Part shown: piece by piece, positions 37,979 through 52,202 of the stretch
Layout: every line of letters begins with the position of its first letter
How positions within the stretch are numbered: position 1 is the first letter of the stretch
NCBI GenBank assembly: GCA_964016885.1
Contig: OZ024750.1
Coordinates: 6,944,001-7,008,000, forward strand
Length of the DNA stretch: 64,000 nt
Source of the DNA: Eledone cirrhosa
Taxonomy: Eukaryota
Reading direction: 5' to 3'
Notes under the pieces: generated by a model
Databases searched by the model: none
Told to the model about the DNA's origin: nothing
The model's input: the letters and a program-made list of their open reading frames with translations, nothing else
Position numbers and translations under genes: made by a program

Positions 37979-39178
37979 GCACCAGGGAAAGGTCTTGTCC
38001 GACCAATTGCTTTCAAACCAGTGGTGTCATCCAACCGCCATGTTAAACGAAGCAATAGTCAAATTTACTATGACCAAAAACATCCTGCAAAGGATGATGG
38101 CTACGGGTCTCAAGACTGCAATTTGCTTAATCAGAGTTCTACAAACATAATGCCCAGCTCTGTTGCAGTCAACAGTGATCCGTCCAACAGCTTCTCTTGT
38201 GACTTGCGTACATCTGAACATACAGACCATCTTCGGACATCAGCTGTAAATCAGTTGTCCAGCAGTCAACTAGGGAACTGTATAGACACACCTTCTCCTA
38301 GTGACAGTGGTGTTGGGGAACTGGAGGCCATGTTAAAAGAAAAAGAGCATGAAATAATGGCTCTTAGGGAAGTGATGGATAAGAATGAAAGAGCTATATT
38401 CCAAGTGTATGAAGAACAAAAGAATGTGTGGCACAACGAACTTAAGGACCTGAAAGAGGAATATGAAAAGAGAAACCAAGTGCAACAAAAGAAATCTGCA
38501 AAGTATGAACAAACTTTCTCATTGCAGGTACAGCTGTTACAACAAGAAAAGAATAAACTTCAAGAACTTTACAATGAACTACTGAAAGAAAAAGAAGGTT
38601 TAATACATAAAAGTGAAAGTTTAAAAAACCAGTTAGATCATACAAGATGTCAACTAGAACTATCTAGATCAGAATTACAGAAAACAACTGAGTATTCACA
38701 AAGGTTGTTGAAAGCGAGTCAAAAAACAAAAAACAGCCTGGATAATTCAGGGAAGAAAACTGATGAAGAAGTCCATTCAAAGAGAAGCAGCATTGCTGCT
38801 TGTTCTCATGCAAATCATACTTTAGACTACTGTGATGCTGCTTGCCAAACAGAGTATTTGTTTCACTTTGAGGATGGTGGCTGTTCTGAGCCAGCGTGTT
38901 TGCTAAAGAGCGATATAATTGCGGCACTGCAATGTGAGTTACAGGAATATAAACAACAAGTAGGTATGCACAAGAAAGACTTTGAACATGAACGAGACCA
39001 GTGGCTTGAAGAAAAAAGTAAGGTGATTCGTTATCAGAAGCAATTACAGCTCAACTACATCCAAATGTTTCGTAAAAATAAAAATCTTGAGGCTGAAGTT
39101 GAGCAGTTAACTCTCGATCTTGAGAATAGAGACTTAAAGCTTTTAGCCCTAAATGGGGCTGAAGAGTCTGTTTGCTAG
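37979..39178 (+). CDS. LZTS2: Leucine zipper putative tumor suppressor (LZTS/Fez1 family) homolog, terminal coding exon
   Basis: Acceptor ttttccag|GCA at 37979 is in frame with the 385-aa ORF and gives APGKGLVRPIAFKPVV (LZTS RPxAFKPV motif). It is followed by a Ser-rich region, long coiled coils and the Fez1 signature FEHERDQWLEEKSKVIRYQKQLQLNYIQMFRKNKNLE. Stop TAG at 39176-78. Assignment among LZTS1/2/3 is uncertain and upstream exons were not located. Confidence 0.88.
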   Translation, partial: APGKGLVRPIAFKPVVSSNRHVKRSNSQIYYDQKHPAKDDGYGSQDCNLLNQSSTNIMPSSVAVNSDPSNSFSCDLRTSEHTDHLRTSAVNQLSSSQLGNCIDTPSPSDSGVGELEAMLKEKEHEIMALREVMDKNERAIFQVYEEQKNVWHNELKDLKEEYEKRNQVQQKKSAKYEQTFSLQVQLLQQEKNKLQELYNELLKEKEGLIHKSESLKNQLDHTRCQLELSRSELQKTTEYSQRLLKASQKTKNSLDNSGKKTDEEVHSKRSSIAACSHANHTLDYCDAACQTEYLFHFEDGGCSEPACLLKSDIIAALQCELQEYKQQVGMHKKDFEHERDQWLEEKSKVIRYQKQLQLNYIQMFRKNKNLEAEVEQLTLDLENRDLKLLALNGAEESVC

Positions 39179-40527
39179 TTACCTTCTATCTCAGACTCTT
39201 ATCAAAACCAAATATTTCATTTTTAGAATGTACACTTAGAACCTTTTTTTTTTAAGTTCACCTACTTACACACTTTGCTGCTTTCGATACTACTCTTTTC
39301 ATTTTCCTTTATCATCCAAAATTTATGAGATAAGGAGGATAATCTCATCAATATTATTATCAATATCTTTATTACAATTATATTAAATATTATTGTTATT
39401 GGAGAGATACAATAGCCAACCACGAGTTCATATCCCAATGAAGGCATTGTCTTGTGTCCTTAGGCAAGACACTTATCTCCACTTGCCCAACACTTCATGC
39501 CTGATTAAGAAATTGTTATTGTTATCTATTTTTTTTACCTATATAAAAAAGAGAACAGAAAAATCAAAGTAAATAATTATTTAACTCATTCTAAATCAGA
39601 TTATTTTATTCATTTATTTTTATCACTTTTAAGTAATTATTTTTATGATAAATTGGTATTTTCCCTCCTCTTCCCCAAGATCACTCCATCCCCTTCATTT
39701 TTCTGCCTCTTCCTTCTTTAGAATGAACCAAACAGCCATTAAATATTCTCTCTCTACCTGTCAAATGAACAAACTTATTGAATTAAGTTAGAAATGATAA
39801 TTTTATTGAGGCAGATCTGACAATTCCATCTACAGCAGAATTTATATTTTCCACCATGTTTACTTCTTGTTGTTTTCCCTCTATTTTAAATGGGAGACTG
39901 GGGGTGGGTGGGTGATATTTTTTTTTTTTTTAAATAGGAATCTAGGTTAGAGTTTTAAGATATGACAAAAACAATAATGACAATGTTGTTAATGAAAGGA
40001 CTGTCTATATGAAGCCTCTAGGAAAAGGAAATAGAAAGGTGAAACGTTTATGTATTCTACAATATTTACTACTATAAACAATCTAAGTGAATTAGTCAAC
40101 ACTAAGAACTAATTATTATTATTACACTGTACTGCCTATCACAGTCATAATATTGATTTTATAAGATAGACACCAGGCTTGAAATTTAAAGAGGAGAGGT
40201 GTTTCAATACCAGTACTAGAAGGAAGAAAGTCAAGGGCTAAAACTATGGCAAGGCATTTTATTATCATGATGAGTTTATTTGACATAGGGCATAAAAAGA
40301 CATTTGAACATGGTGTCTGTTATATTGTATATAAATATAAACCTAATTCTATAACAAGCTACACAAAACAACAACAATAAAATCAACTCTTTGTTATTTG
40401 CTTTCTGTAAATGAGAATATCACTCCTCATGTTATATAGTAAAGCATTATTTAATGTTGCCCAATATTAGCGCTGAAATGGTTAGTGTTTCCTTTGCAAC
40501 AAATTAGTTAATCCAAGTCTTTTTTAA

Positions 40528-40660
40528 CCCTTTAGCATTTAAACCAGCCGTATCCAGCCAGAATTCTATCACCTCTTTCTGTTCTAAAAATATCATAGAT
40601 TCGATATTATGTGAGATAAAGCCTTTACTGTGAAAATAGAGTAATGTAAATGCTAAAGGG
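40528..40660. mobile_element. piggyBac-type MITE, family A, internally deleted
   Basis: TTAA|CCCTTTAGCATTTA...TAAATGCTAAAGGG|TTAA. Confidence 0.85.
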
Positions 40661-43600
40661 TTAAAAGTTACCTTGATGGTTGATTAAGTAATCCAGACTC
40701 TCCAATTTAATCTCATCCATCGTTTAGTGTGTAACTGTTCTACCTGTTCAATAGAATGGACAAACTGTCATTAAATTTTGAAGTCACTATTGTACCTGTA
40801 CAATAGAGTGGGCAGACCATCATGTAGTGTCCAACTGCTGTACAATAGAGTGGACAAGCTATTATTTAGTTCTAAAAATCTCGATGTTTAGCGACTGTTA
40901 TTTGCTGATTCTTTTAACCAAATTTGAAGCAGGTGGAATATTTTGTCTGCTACTGTCCACAAAATATCAGACTTCAGGACTACAAATAAATTCATATGTA
41001 TATTAGTTGAAGATGTATATTTAGAAGTAGCTGTTCTAACTACTGTTTAGTCTAGAATTATCTCTTTATCACAGCAGGGACAAGCAGAAAGTTTAGTGGA
41101 AGAATTCTCCTCTAATGTCTGAAGAGTAAATCACTCAATGAAGAAACCAAACTACAATGGAATATGACTAATTGTCCAACCTATGCTAGCATGAAAGAAG
41201 AGACGTTATATATACACACGCACATCTAACTAACTATATATATATATATATATGTCATTTTTAAAGTTGAAACCACTTCAGAAGTTACCCAGGAACCTTG
41301 TGTTTCACATATAATACTTGGTGGAGTATTTTCTGCTTCAAAATTGAAATATCTATACTCTATATATAGTACTGAAATAATCTTTTTCTCTCGTATGTAA
41401 ACAAAAAAAAACACACACACACACACAGAATAGAAATAGAAGCTTTGCCATAACATTGACTACATCATATAGTCTCATAATGGGGCATATAAACCCACTG
41501 GACAGAAAAAGATGGATATCAGCACACATGGCTTTATACACCTCGTTATTAAACTACATTAAATAGTTGAAAATATTATGGAAAAGTTTATATTTCTATT
41601 CTAAACTCTCTTCTCTGCGTTCCAAACATACTTCATATATATATATATATCTAGGGAGTATAACGTGCTGTTACTGTAGGTTCACCCAGGTGAGCACTCA
41701 ATGCATAGTTTCACGTCTGTAATGAGGTGTAGAACTAAACAGTGTATAATATATATATATATATAGTGTGTACATGTTATGTAATAATTGTCCATTTAAA
41801 GACTATGCTTCAGTTAAAAAGGTAGCTGATATTACTACATTTTGAAATGTAGGCTCATTCACATATTATTGCTTTAGATGCAATGTTAATTCTCCACATT
41901 TGAAAGACAACTATAGCTTTAAACAATAGCCAAATAGTATACACATTATAGTTTTAGTTTTATCAATTGATTTTTTTTTTGTTCTTTACTTTACAACAAT
42001 TATATTATCAAAATATTTATATATTTATTTTGCTTATTTTATTAACTACATTATGACAAATCAAGTGAAACTTACAGCGTGAGTGGCTCAATGAGATGAT
42101 TGCATCAACCCCTTTCATATTCTTTGATTGGGAATTCCCCCTAAAATCATGTATTTCAAAGTGTAAAAACATTAGTAACATAAATTGACGATGATGATAT
42201 ATTTACGAGAACAGAGGCCATTGATTGCCCTTGTATTATAACAGATTCAAAGTTCAGTAAGGCTGTATATAGTTTATATTTTTCTTGATGGTTAAAAATT
42301 CATATTGCACAAAAATCTATGAAATGTTTGAGTTTAATTCTAAACTTCCAACACCAACAAACAGGTGTTTCTCAGGTGTAAATAATGTTATTGAAACATA
42401 TTTCTACACCAAGAATGCCTCTTTTAGTAACATTCTCATAACATTAATATAACTTCTTGCAGGAATAGAGTCATCACTTTTCGAGAGGGAGTAAAGGATC
42501 CAGTTTGAACACAACTGGGATTATATCTGGAACTAGCTGATGAAAAAAGGCAAGAGCTCAGCTGTCGGGTTCCAACTCTTTATAATATAACCATAATCTA
42601 CTAAGTATTGAGTACTCTGTTGAGTGATGGTCTAACTAGTTTTAAACTGGTTCAATCCTGATATATATATAAAGTCGTCATTTAATGTTTGTTTTCCCTG
42701 CTTGCAAGAGTTGGACAGGTCATCTTGGTACTTAATCAGAGCCACAGTAGAAGTCATTTCTATATGAAATAAATATCTACCTTCTCTGCTAATGTAGAGA
42801 GTACCTCTTCAGAAAACCATTCCTATATACATATTTATATAATATGATTGTCAAAAGAAGTAATAAAACACTGTTTATCACTTGGGTCAAAAAATATATA
42901 ATAATATATTGTTTATAATGTCAATTTAGTAGTCTCATATTTCACAAGATATAAATTTAGTTAACAGTAGTTCAGTGTTAGAGATGTTGTGGTATTCAAC
43001 ACTTGCCAATCTTCCATGCAGGTGTTTAACCCCTTTTGTTATCATATTCCTCACGAAAGACCCTCCCCTCCCTGTGTATGATTTTCAGCTTATTTTGAAA
43101 ATAGTCAAGACTGTCCAACTCTTCTTGTTAGCAAGGAAAACATGTTTGATGGTGACTCTGAAGGGATTTAGTAATATAACTAACTTTCTCGTTATTAAGT
43201 TGGTGCTTGGAATATAGCTTAAAGTTTCTTACATAAAATTATGATGGATGGTGTTTAGATAAATCAGCCATAAAACAGATGATGATGATAAACATTTCAA
43301 AATAAACTGTTTTGGTTTATAGAAACCAGGGGACAGTTTGGTATTTAAAAAAAAAACAGATTTATTCTGCCACATGGAATAATTTATAAGAACAAAAAAC
43401 AAAAAAAAAACAACAAAAAAAAAACAGCACAAATAAAAAACATAGTTTATATTTTAACTTATTAAGAGTAGTTCAGTATCAGGAAAGTTTGTATTTATGT
43501 ATTTTGAATTGTGAATTTTTCATTTTAATATCTTGTGCAGTTAAAAAATGAAGTTTTAATTTATACCTGTGTCAGATAATTATAGGCATCACTGATGTAC

Positions 43601-45104
43601 CACCTGTATTTCTCACCTGAATAATGAATTCAGGTCTTAATTAGCAGGTGCTGTGCTATTGAACTAGACATTATACTACACTTTATCTCAGTTTACCATA
43701 ACTCAGTACTTACTACTAGTCCACCAAGAAAGTTAACTTGTTAAAGATTATTGTCCCATCCAGGGGAAGATCTGTCTTCCATCCACTCAACACAAAAGAA
43801 GATATAAGCATTGGCCCTGTGAGTGTCATGATGACTCAGGAAAGAATTTTGAGTGTGAAATGAAAGAGAATGAACAAGAAAGAGAAAAGACTTGTGTAGC
43901 CATGCGATTCCTATTGCTTATATTAGATTCTCTTCTGAACTATTAATTCCATTTGTTGTTGGTTTTTTGAGAAAAAAAATATTAAATAAAAAGCTTTTTA
44001 TTTTTTATTGTTTTGATACTTGAATAAAATTGAAAGGAAAAATATTTTTAACAAAAAAAAAAAAGAGAGATTAAAAGAGCATTAATTTTTGATTTTCAAT
44101 GGAATAATGAAAATGACAAATTTACTAACTCCTACATTAAAAAAAAAAGCCAGAACACATATCCATTACCTGCACCCATATCTTGCCCTTGACTTCACTT
44201 CCTGAGTTTCCTACACTGTTGCAGTCTTCCTCTCTTTTATAGCTAAAAGCATTCTAACTTCTATTAAAAAAAAAACTGTAAAAGAAAAAGAAAAAAAATC
44301 AAAAACCAAATCAATATCTTCCATTACTATAATGGTGTGTGCTACGTGATAGGTCTAGCTTTAAAATGAGAGCTGTTTTATGATGATACATATTCTCAGT
44401 GTTAGCTTTTAGAATAACATTTTTCTAAAACTTTGGGAGGGAAAATCCTATCATTGATGCTGAATCTTACATGATAATGGCTTGTTCTATCTCTAACAAA
44501 TCAATTTTCTATGTAGTAACATACCAACATTTCTCTCTTAAACAACCAAATTTTGTTCTTCTTTCTGTTAACTTTTATCTCCCTAATCCAGTTTGCCATG
44601 GTTTAGTTTTGATGGGTTGAAGGGAGCTAGTCTAGTATCAGGGGCTGTAATAAAAGGGTGGTTTGGTTCAATGGTCTGGTCTAGGAATTGTATTCATGAG
44701 TGATTGAGTCAGTTTTGGCACATTTAATATTATTTTGCTCCAAGGTATTCCAACCACGACCACCTCATCTTTTATATGTATCTAGGATTACATTAATATA
44801 TATATATGTCCTCTTTTTTAAGATGGTTGTGTTTGATTAAAGGTAGATTTGGCTGTTATTTTTAGCAGGCTAAGGGTCTGTTGTTGGATTGTGTCTCATT
44901 GAAGTGTTATGTAAATTATTTTATAGTGAAACATGTTCTAGGAATGTTCAAAACAACCAATTTTTAACACCATGAAAAATTTAATCTAAGTTTGAAAGAG
45001 AAAGGAAAATAAATTAAAAAACTAAACAAAAAACATTCTCCTAAATTGAAAATAAAATATTAGAGAGCTCCATATTTTCTTGTTGGTAGTGAAGAGATAG
45101 AGTA

Positions 45105-45580
45105 ATATCATCTTCTCCAACTTATTCCCGAGAGGGAAGAGTCCTCAAACACTCCTTCCGGTAGGTCCTGTCTGAAGCAACCGTCTCCCCAAACGAGACC
45201 AGCCAAGCTCATGGATGTTATCCAACGATCTTGCTTGGGTCTCCTGTCTGTTGGTTTTGTCCATAAAATCTGTCCAGTGGTTCTTTCCTGAGACATTCTA
45301 ACCACATAGTATCGGAGCTGTGATCTCTTAATTCAGAGAAGTAGTGGCTCTAGCTGGAGTGACTCTCATCTCCAAGCTATGCACTCTAATGGGTGAAGAA
45401 GTGCCAGGAAATGCCAGTTGAAGGAAGATGTGGTAGAGGTAGACCACGAAAAACAGGAGCGGAGGTGGTGAGAACAGACCTCAGATTGCTGAAGCTCACA
45501 GTGGAGAGATGTTGTGCTGAATAAGACTCGTCCCACCCTTGCAAGCAGGGAAAAGCGGACGTAAAATGATGATGATTATA
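45105..45580. mobile_element. RTE-like LINE fragments: a minus-strand piece and a plus-strand 3' tail
   Basis: The minus ORF VRMSQER..QILWTKP..RRPK resembles the region after the RT domain of RTE ORFs. The plus tail ends gcggacgtaaaatgatgatgat. Confidence 0.5.
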
Positions 45581-46260
45581 TATATATTAGGAAAATAAGA
45601 AAAACAATAGAAAATGCTAATGGGATTTTCTCATAGTATAACAGTAAAACATTTATTTTAAAAAAGCAATTACTCGTACCGGTTCCAGCCAAAAGTTGTT
45701 TAGGTTTCTTCATGCTACAGGAAATATGATTAAAAGTGTATAATAAAATTAAGGTGTATATTAATTAATAAGAAGTAAGGAAATAAAATATTAGAAGAGA
45801 AACAGCTGATATCAACCAGTGGAAGGTAATCTGAAGACTAAACCCCTTCCAAAGTCTACCAATATTACTCATTCCCTTCACTAAAGGATAAGAACAGGCA
45901 AAGTGCTGTTTATTTTATCAAACAGCAATAATTCCATCAACATTTTCTCTATAAATTCAACTTCAAATTTTTATTTTATCTTCATCATCTGTGATTCACT
46001 CTTATCATTGGTTGGTTAGCAATGGTAGAAACAAAGATTTTTAACAGTTTCATTCTTTTCTAAATCTATTTTTAGTCTGCATTTGTTACTTTTACAGCTT
46101 CTTTACACTTTCAATACTCACCCTTACTCATTCTGTGCTTCAGTTGTAAGTTACACTTCAACACACTCACTGTATACAAGGGTCGGCTGAGAAGTTCATA
46201 GGATGACTATGAAGGAGTGAGTGGTGTTAGAGCTGTGTAATCTTGCGTGCATTAATTTTA

Positions 46261-46392
46261 GGGTGGTGGGTTGGCAGTATCAGCAAAGAGTCATGGCCCT
46301 TTGTGGTCTGAGTTCAAATCCCGCCGAGGTTAACTTTGCCTTTCATCCTTACGGGGTCGATAAAATAAAGTACCAGTAATTGCTGGCCTTTC
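46261..46392 (+). mobile_element. tRNA-derived SINE family 1, partial
   Basis: gagttcaaatcccgccgaggttaactttgcctttcatccttacggggtcgataaaataaagtaccag. Confidence 0.8.
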
Positions 46393-47039
46393 CATGAGTA
46401 TCTTGGTCAGCCAACCCTCATACATACACAAAACTATTGCTCTTGTTATTTGTTTTAGTAACACAAAGAAAAACAATCATTGTTCATTTGTCAAGTGTTT
46501 AAGATGTTAAGGAAGCTGGTATAGACATGACATGTATCTAGATTATTTTTCATCTTGTAAAATAAATTGACTGCTTCTATTAATATTTAGTTCCTAGTAT
46601 TTAGGTCTGGCCCTTTACATGGAGATTTTAAATCCCATTGAGATCAATAAACTATAGTATCAATTTAATCAATAGTGCCCACCAATCTTATAAATCAATA
46701 TTTACTATCATTTTGAGCAAAGTATGTCTGATGATAAAACTGATATAGACTAATGTTTAAAAGGTTTTACGAGGAATTCAGAGTAGATTAACAAATATCA
46801 GTTTGTAGATTCATCTGGATAAACTACGTTGATATAATTTCAGTAGTGTAGGAGTTCAAACTAGAGAACATATTCTGTGAGTGAAAGGACAAATCTTTAA
46901 CTCTGTATCTCGTATTTATTTCTAGTGCTGGAAGTGTTGGTGTGAAGTGTAAAGGAAGGTTTACCATAACATTTGCTGTTTACAGACGACCTGGCATCTC
47001 CCATCTGATGGCGGTGTTGGTATGAACTGTAAAGGAAGG

Positions 47040-47670
47040 TTTACCACAGGACTTGCTGTTCAGACGACATGGTAGTATAATAGGAGAGTATGAGAAAATG
47101 AATAAATGGAAGGATGTATGGAGGCAAAAGATATGACATGTAGTAAGATGGAAAGAACAGGGAACTAACTGAGTGCAGGAAAGATGTCTGATATGTGCTG
47201 GGTGGGTACATTGAAAATGTAGGAGTGAAAGGATTATTAGATAATGTGACAGCTAGATTTAAGTGTATTTGGAGGGAGCTACAGATGGAGAGGATGGTAT
47301 GAAAACATTTTGTTACCTTAGAGACACAATCAGAGTGAGATAGATCTAGAGTGTGATGTGCATGGAAGAAGTTCCAGGAATTTAGTGGTGTACTAATAAG
47401 GAGGAGAATGTCACTGAAACTGAAGGGAAAGGTGTGTTCTATATGTGAGATGAACATGGAGCAACAGAAAGCTGGAAAGAAATGAAAATGGTTTAATAAA
47501 TAATTGGAGCATTGCTGGGAGAGAGGAAGGCAGGGAATAGTGGAGAGAAATGGTTGGGTCATGTGTTGAGGAAGGAGAAATCTAAAAGACATAACTAAAG
47601 ATGATGGCAGAGAAAATGAAAGCCAGAGTTTGTAGCGAGGGATACAAATGATGGGCAATTGAGTCATGGG
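47040..47670 (+). mobile_element. Decayed RTE-like LINE fragment
   Basis: Broken frames read TFCYLRDTI and AWKKFQEFSGVL...KLKGKV, homologous to 61190-61885. Confidence 0.6.
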
Positions 47671-48865
47671 GCCTACAATAGAGTAACCCTGTTTTAGTGG
47701 GGATTAACAGCCTTAGAACACTTGATATTTGCATTCCACTCTGGTAAATATATCCATCATCTTCATGCTAGTATAATGTAGATTCTGTTTACCAAATTTC
47801 ACTTACAAGACATTGGTGAGCCCACATCTACAGTAAAATAAAGACCCTCGACATAGTACCATGTAATTAGATTGAAGCCGAAACCTTGTTAGAACCAGAT
47901 AACAGTAGAGTCCACTCAAGCAACAAGATCCCAGACTTCGTTAGCTTACTGAGTGAGGTAGAACTCGTGAAGTCAGACCAAGGAAACAATGTTTCCATTG
48001 CTGATACTATCTACAGGACATAACGCACATCGCCCAGTCTGGGAATGAACCTCACAACCTCATGATTGCAAATCCACCAACTATAAGTCAACATTATTTG
48101 ACAGCTGTTTCATGATACTAAAATAGTCTTATGTGCACAACCGTCAGTAGACTGGTAATCTAACAAAATTTATGGCACACAGAGAAAACAAGAACCAGGT
48201 GATAGTAATAAATAAAAATGTAAAATAAATCTAATTTTCAAAATTATTATTATCATTATCATTATTAGCTTACAAAAATAAAATGTTCAGCTAATCACTT
48301 TTGTCTGTGATTTACAATGAAGTATTGTAACATATGTGAATATAAAATTCCAAAATAAACATTGGAGAGAGAAAAAGTCATTTCTAGATATAGTGCAATC
48401 ATTCCATAATAATAAAGACACACAGACAGACATTAACTAGTTTACTAGATAAAAACCTAAAGTATTGGTACTTTCTGACAAAAACAGGCTCAACTGGGTC
48501 TATAACAATTTCTAAATTCCAGCTGCATTCCTCACAAAAACCATTATTCTATCAAAATATGTTCTTTTATGTCTGTTAACAAGATGAGTTCCATAGCTCT
48601 TACTTTAATACAATTACAACCAGATGTCTTAGCTTTTAACTAGAGATATTTCCTTCTCTCTAAGTTAATGTTAACAGCTGCTTTTTTTCTAGCATTCTAA
48701 ATATTCTAACTCCTTTCAATTCTCAGATTGTCATTTTATGCCAACTTTGGACAGGTCATTGAGGTCAGAATCAGCTTTTACTCAGAGTTACAGCTATTTT
48801 AGGTGGGTCATAAGACCACATCTTATCCATTCCAATCTTTGCTAAGGTTTCTAAAGCTCAAATGT

Positions 48866-49120
48866 GAAGGTACGTGGCCTAGTGAGTAGAGTTTGTCTCA
48901 CAATCATCATAAGGGACAGTTTCAATTCCCAGACTGGGTGATACAAGACACTCCTTCTACATTGCTCCAGTCCTCTCAGCTGAGACTGAATACCAGATTA
49001 ACCATGCAGCTGTCTGGTGTCCTTCCTAGAATTTCAATATCTTCCCCTGAGTTAATTGTTGCCCAGAGAACCAAAATATGCTCTGGACTTCATCCAACCC
49101 ATGCAAACATGGAACAATAT
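48866..49120 (+). mobile_element. tRNA-derived SINE family 2
   Basis: ggtacgtggcctagtg...ttcaattcc...ttgctccagtcctctcagctg. Confidence 0.6.
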
Positions 49121-49274
49121 ATGAAAGACTGCCTATGTTTTTCAAATAATTAAGAACTTGGCAGTATTAAATAATATAACAAACATTTTCTTTTTAAGCT
49201 GGTATTTGGAACATATCCTAACAAAGGTTCTTATATATAATTATGATCAGCTTTGTATCATAAAACCAGTAAGC

Positions 49275-49525
49275 CGAAGGCTCATCCCCAGTTTCATTGG
49301 CGTTAAGCAACAAAGAGTATAAGACTCTCCCTGGATAGGACACAAGTCTATTGCAGGTTTAACTCCCCTGCTACCACTGGTACTCACTCACAGCTGAGTA
49401 TGGTGGAGCAATGTGAAATAAAATATTTTGCTCAAAAACACAACAGCAGCTTGTCCAGGAATCGAACCAATGACATTAGGATCATACATCAAACATTCTA
49501 ACCAATAGACCATGCAGCTTCACAG
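49275..49525 (-). mobile_element. tRNA-derived SINE family 2, inverted relative to 48866
   Basis: cagctgag...tggagcaatgtgaaat...ttttgctcaa...ggaatcgaacc...ctaacca. Confidence 0.65.
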
Positions 49526-50029
49526 TGGTTTGATATCAAAAGAGTTAATCTGTCCCTCTTACACTAACATTGGTTAGACTGAGGCTTAGTTTTAAAAATT
49601 ATTAAAGTTTATTTTTTTAATGAATATCAAGTTTGGTATTACCCCAAATATGTTGCTGACCTGACAGTCACGAGACTGGAAAGTTTATTTTGTAAGATAT
49701 CAAATCAAGGCTAGTTTGGCTACCTTGAATGGGAGAAGGAACATGACTAATTCTCCAAATACTGTTGCTATTCCATAGACCACCTTCAAATCATTAAGGT
49801 TGTCAAAACAAAGCTATTTAGAAAATTACTGTCTATCTCAGCTAAAACCTATCTAAACATCACTCACTTCAGTTATTTTCATCTTTGTTAAATACATTAC
49901 TATCACAAGCTGTCTCTCTCCCTTATCTATTTAAAAATAGTTTTCCTTTTATGCTTAGACACTAAATAAGAATTTGAGAGGACCCTTCAGCTGTGTCAAG
50001 TACATGACAACCTCCCTGTTGGTGACCTA

Positions 50030-50500
50030 CACACTAGTACACACTGTAAAGTGGTTGGTGATAGGAAGGGCATCCAGCCATAGAATGTTTGCCAAACATA
50101 GGTTTGGAAGGACCCTTCAGTTGACAAAAACCACCCAGTAATCCTCTAGTTGTGCTGGTACCAAGAAAAAAGCTCCTAGTACACACTGTAATGTGGTTGG
50201 CATTAGGAAGGGCATCAAGCAACAGAAAACCAAGCCCCAAATGGATCATATAAATTAGACAGGTCACCTGACTTGTCTAGCCTCATAATAGGACAGCATG
50301 TTTAACCCCATGCATGGAGCATACACATTAAAGGTTGAATTGTTCATGTCCTGCATAAACAGAAGTTTCACAGCTCACCAGTTAGACATGTGAAGATCCG
50401 TATCTTGCTTTGAAAACAAAAGTTGATGCCAAGAAGATCACCCAACCATAGGATTCTGCCTAAAAAAAAAACCTCATCCAACCCATGCCAGTATGGAAAA
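50030..50500 (+). mobile_element. SINE-like repeat, family 3, duplicated pieces
   Basis: Two copies of ctagtacacactgtaa.gtggttgg....taggaagggcatc. Confidence 0.55.
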
Positions 50501-50935
50501 ATAAATGTTAAAAAAATGATTTATAAACTTCACAGTATAGTCAACATATTTATTCAACTTACCTCAGTCTTAGTGGCTGATATGTCAAACCCATTGCACC
50601 ATTTTAAAACAATGATGATGATTTGTAAACTTTACCACAGTTTTATACCTCTGGTCAATATACACTCAACTGCAAATATAAAAAAAACATCCCACATACA
50701 CATTTCAACAGTAGACAATCACCACCACCCGACTCTGGGTAGCTTTAGCAGAGTCTAGATCTCTGGTTTAAAGATAGTTCCTTCCTTCTTTTCCACCAGT
50801 CTCAGAGGCTCTGGAAAGAGTCATGGACTCAGACCTTCTCTCATTTATTAAACAGTAAAACAAAACCACATACAAAAAATACAATGTTAAACAGCAAATT
50901 CTATGAGAAAAATAACTCATTAAAGTGATATAAAA

Positions 50936-50941
50936 TTTATT
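50936..50941 (-). promoter_or_regulatory. Candidate polyadenylation signal for PUF60
   Basis: AATAAA on the minus strand about 1.7 kb past the stop, followed by U/GU-rich sequence. This is one of several possible signals. Confidence 0.3.
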
Positions 50942-52202
50942 TACAATTTATATACATAAACAAAATTACACAAGTCAGAAAAATGTAATTTGAAGGTTGA
51001 AAGAATGGCTGGCATATTTAAACAGTTCTAAAAAGGACGGGAAATGGAAAATAAAAAAAAAAGAAGAAAAGATGGAATATTTTGTTATGAAAATGGTTGA
51101 ATATAGTTTTTCTTGCTGCCAACATTGGTAAATAATGTTTCAAAATACAGAACTGTGACTGCTTTCTCAAACAAAATTGTTAACAGAAGATTACTTTTGT
51201 TTCAAATGAAAAATATATTTTAATAAATGATCAAGTGGAATGTAACTCATATTCTCTCTTTTTATATTGACTGGAAAAGTAACAAATAATGAAATAAAAT
51301 GATCTGGTGAAAGAAAACTAGAGAAGTTATCTGAAGAAAATTGTCAGTAATGGAGAGAAGTTATCTGAACAAAAGTGTCAGCAATGGAGAGAAGTTATTT
51401 GAGTTTTTTTAATTAAAGAAAAATTAACAGCAGCTGTAGAAAAATGTTGAAGTTTTTTAAGTTATTGCTTCTGAGAAAATGATTTGTTTTAAAATAAAAA
51501 ATAAAATAGTTTTCCACAAAAGTTGAAGGAGAATTAAATGAAGTTTCACCCTTCAAGGGACAGTTTTTTGAGATAACAGAAATCTCTGCCTTAGATTTTC
51601 TTGGTTGAAAGATTTAAAATTAAAAAATTATTTTAATACTGTACATGGGAATTATCAAAATGATTAAATGTGAAAGAAATGTCTAATTGAATAATAGTTA
51701 TGAATTTTTTTTTTTAAACATTGCATTAGTAAGAAATAATGAATAAATGCTGCCATTACAATACAATTTTATAGAATGAATTGATGTTGCTAATTGTGGC
51801 TGTTTTTATTGTGGTATTTCATTGAAGTCATCACTAATGTATCAAAATGGAAGAGTTCATTTAATACAGAAACATTCAACAATATTTATGCTATTTTACC
51901 TCTCAAGTATTTAATAATAGCATACTGAAACCCTAAAATCCTGAATCACATGAGTCAAGGCTTCCAATAACCTTTGTAATATGGTACAAATAATGTAACA
52001 ACTGAAATTCCTGCATTATTTGTAATGAAATGAGATGAAAATGTTAGAAATATTGTAGCCTAAGTGACTGTGAGCCAGACATGGTTGAACAGTACACTAA
52101 AGTAATTGTTGATTAATGTCAAGTATTTGATGTTTTATACAGTTACAAGGTGGTATGAATCTAAAAATATAAATGCTATCTTATATTTATATTATTTATA
52201 TA

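Noticed and set aside
42530-42575. CTGATGA in a diverged copy of the 4930 family
   Set aside because: It aligns to the helix II 3' strand and GAAA position (tagccgtcgaaa), not to the catalytic CUGANGA, so the match is coincidental.
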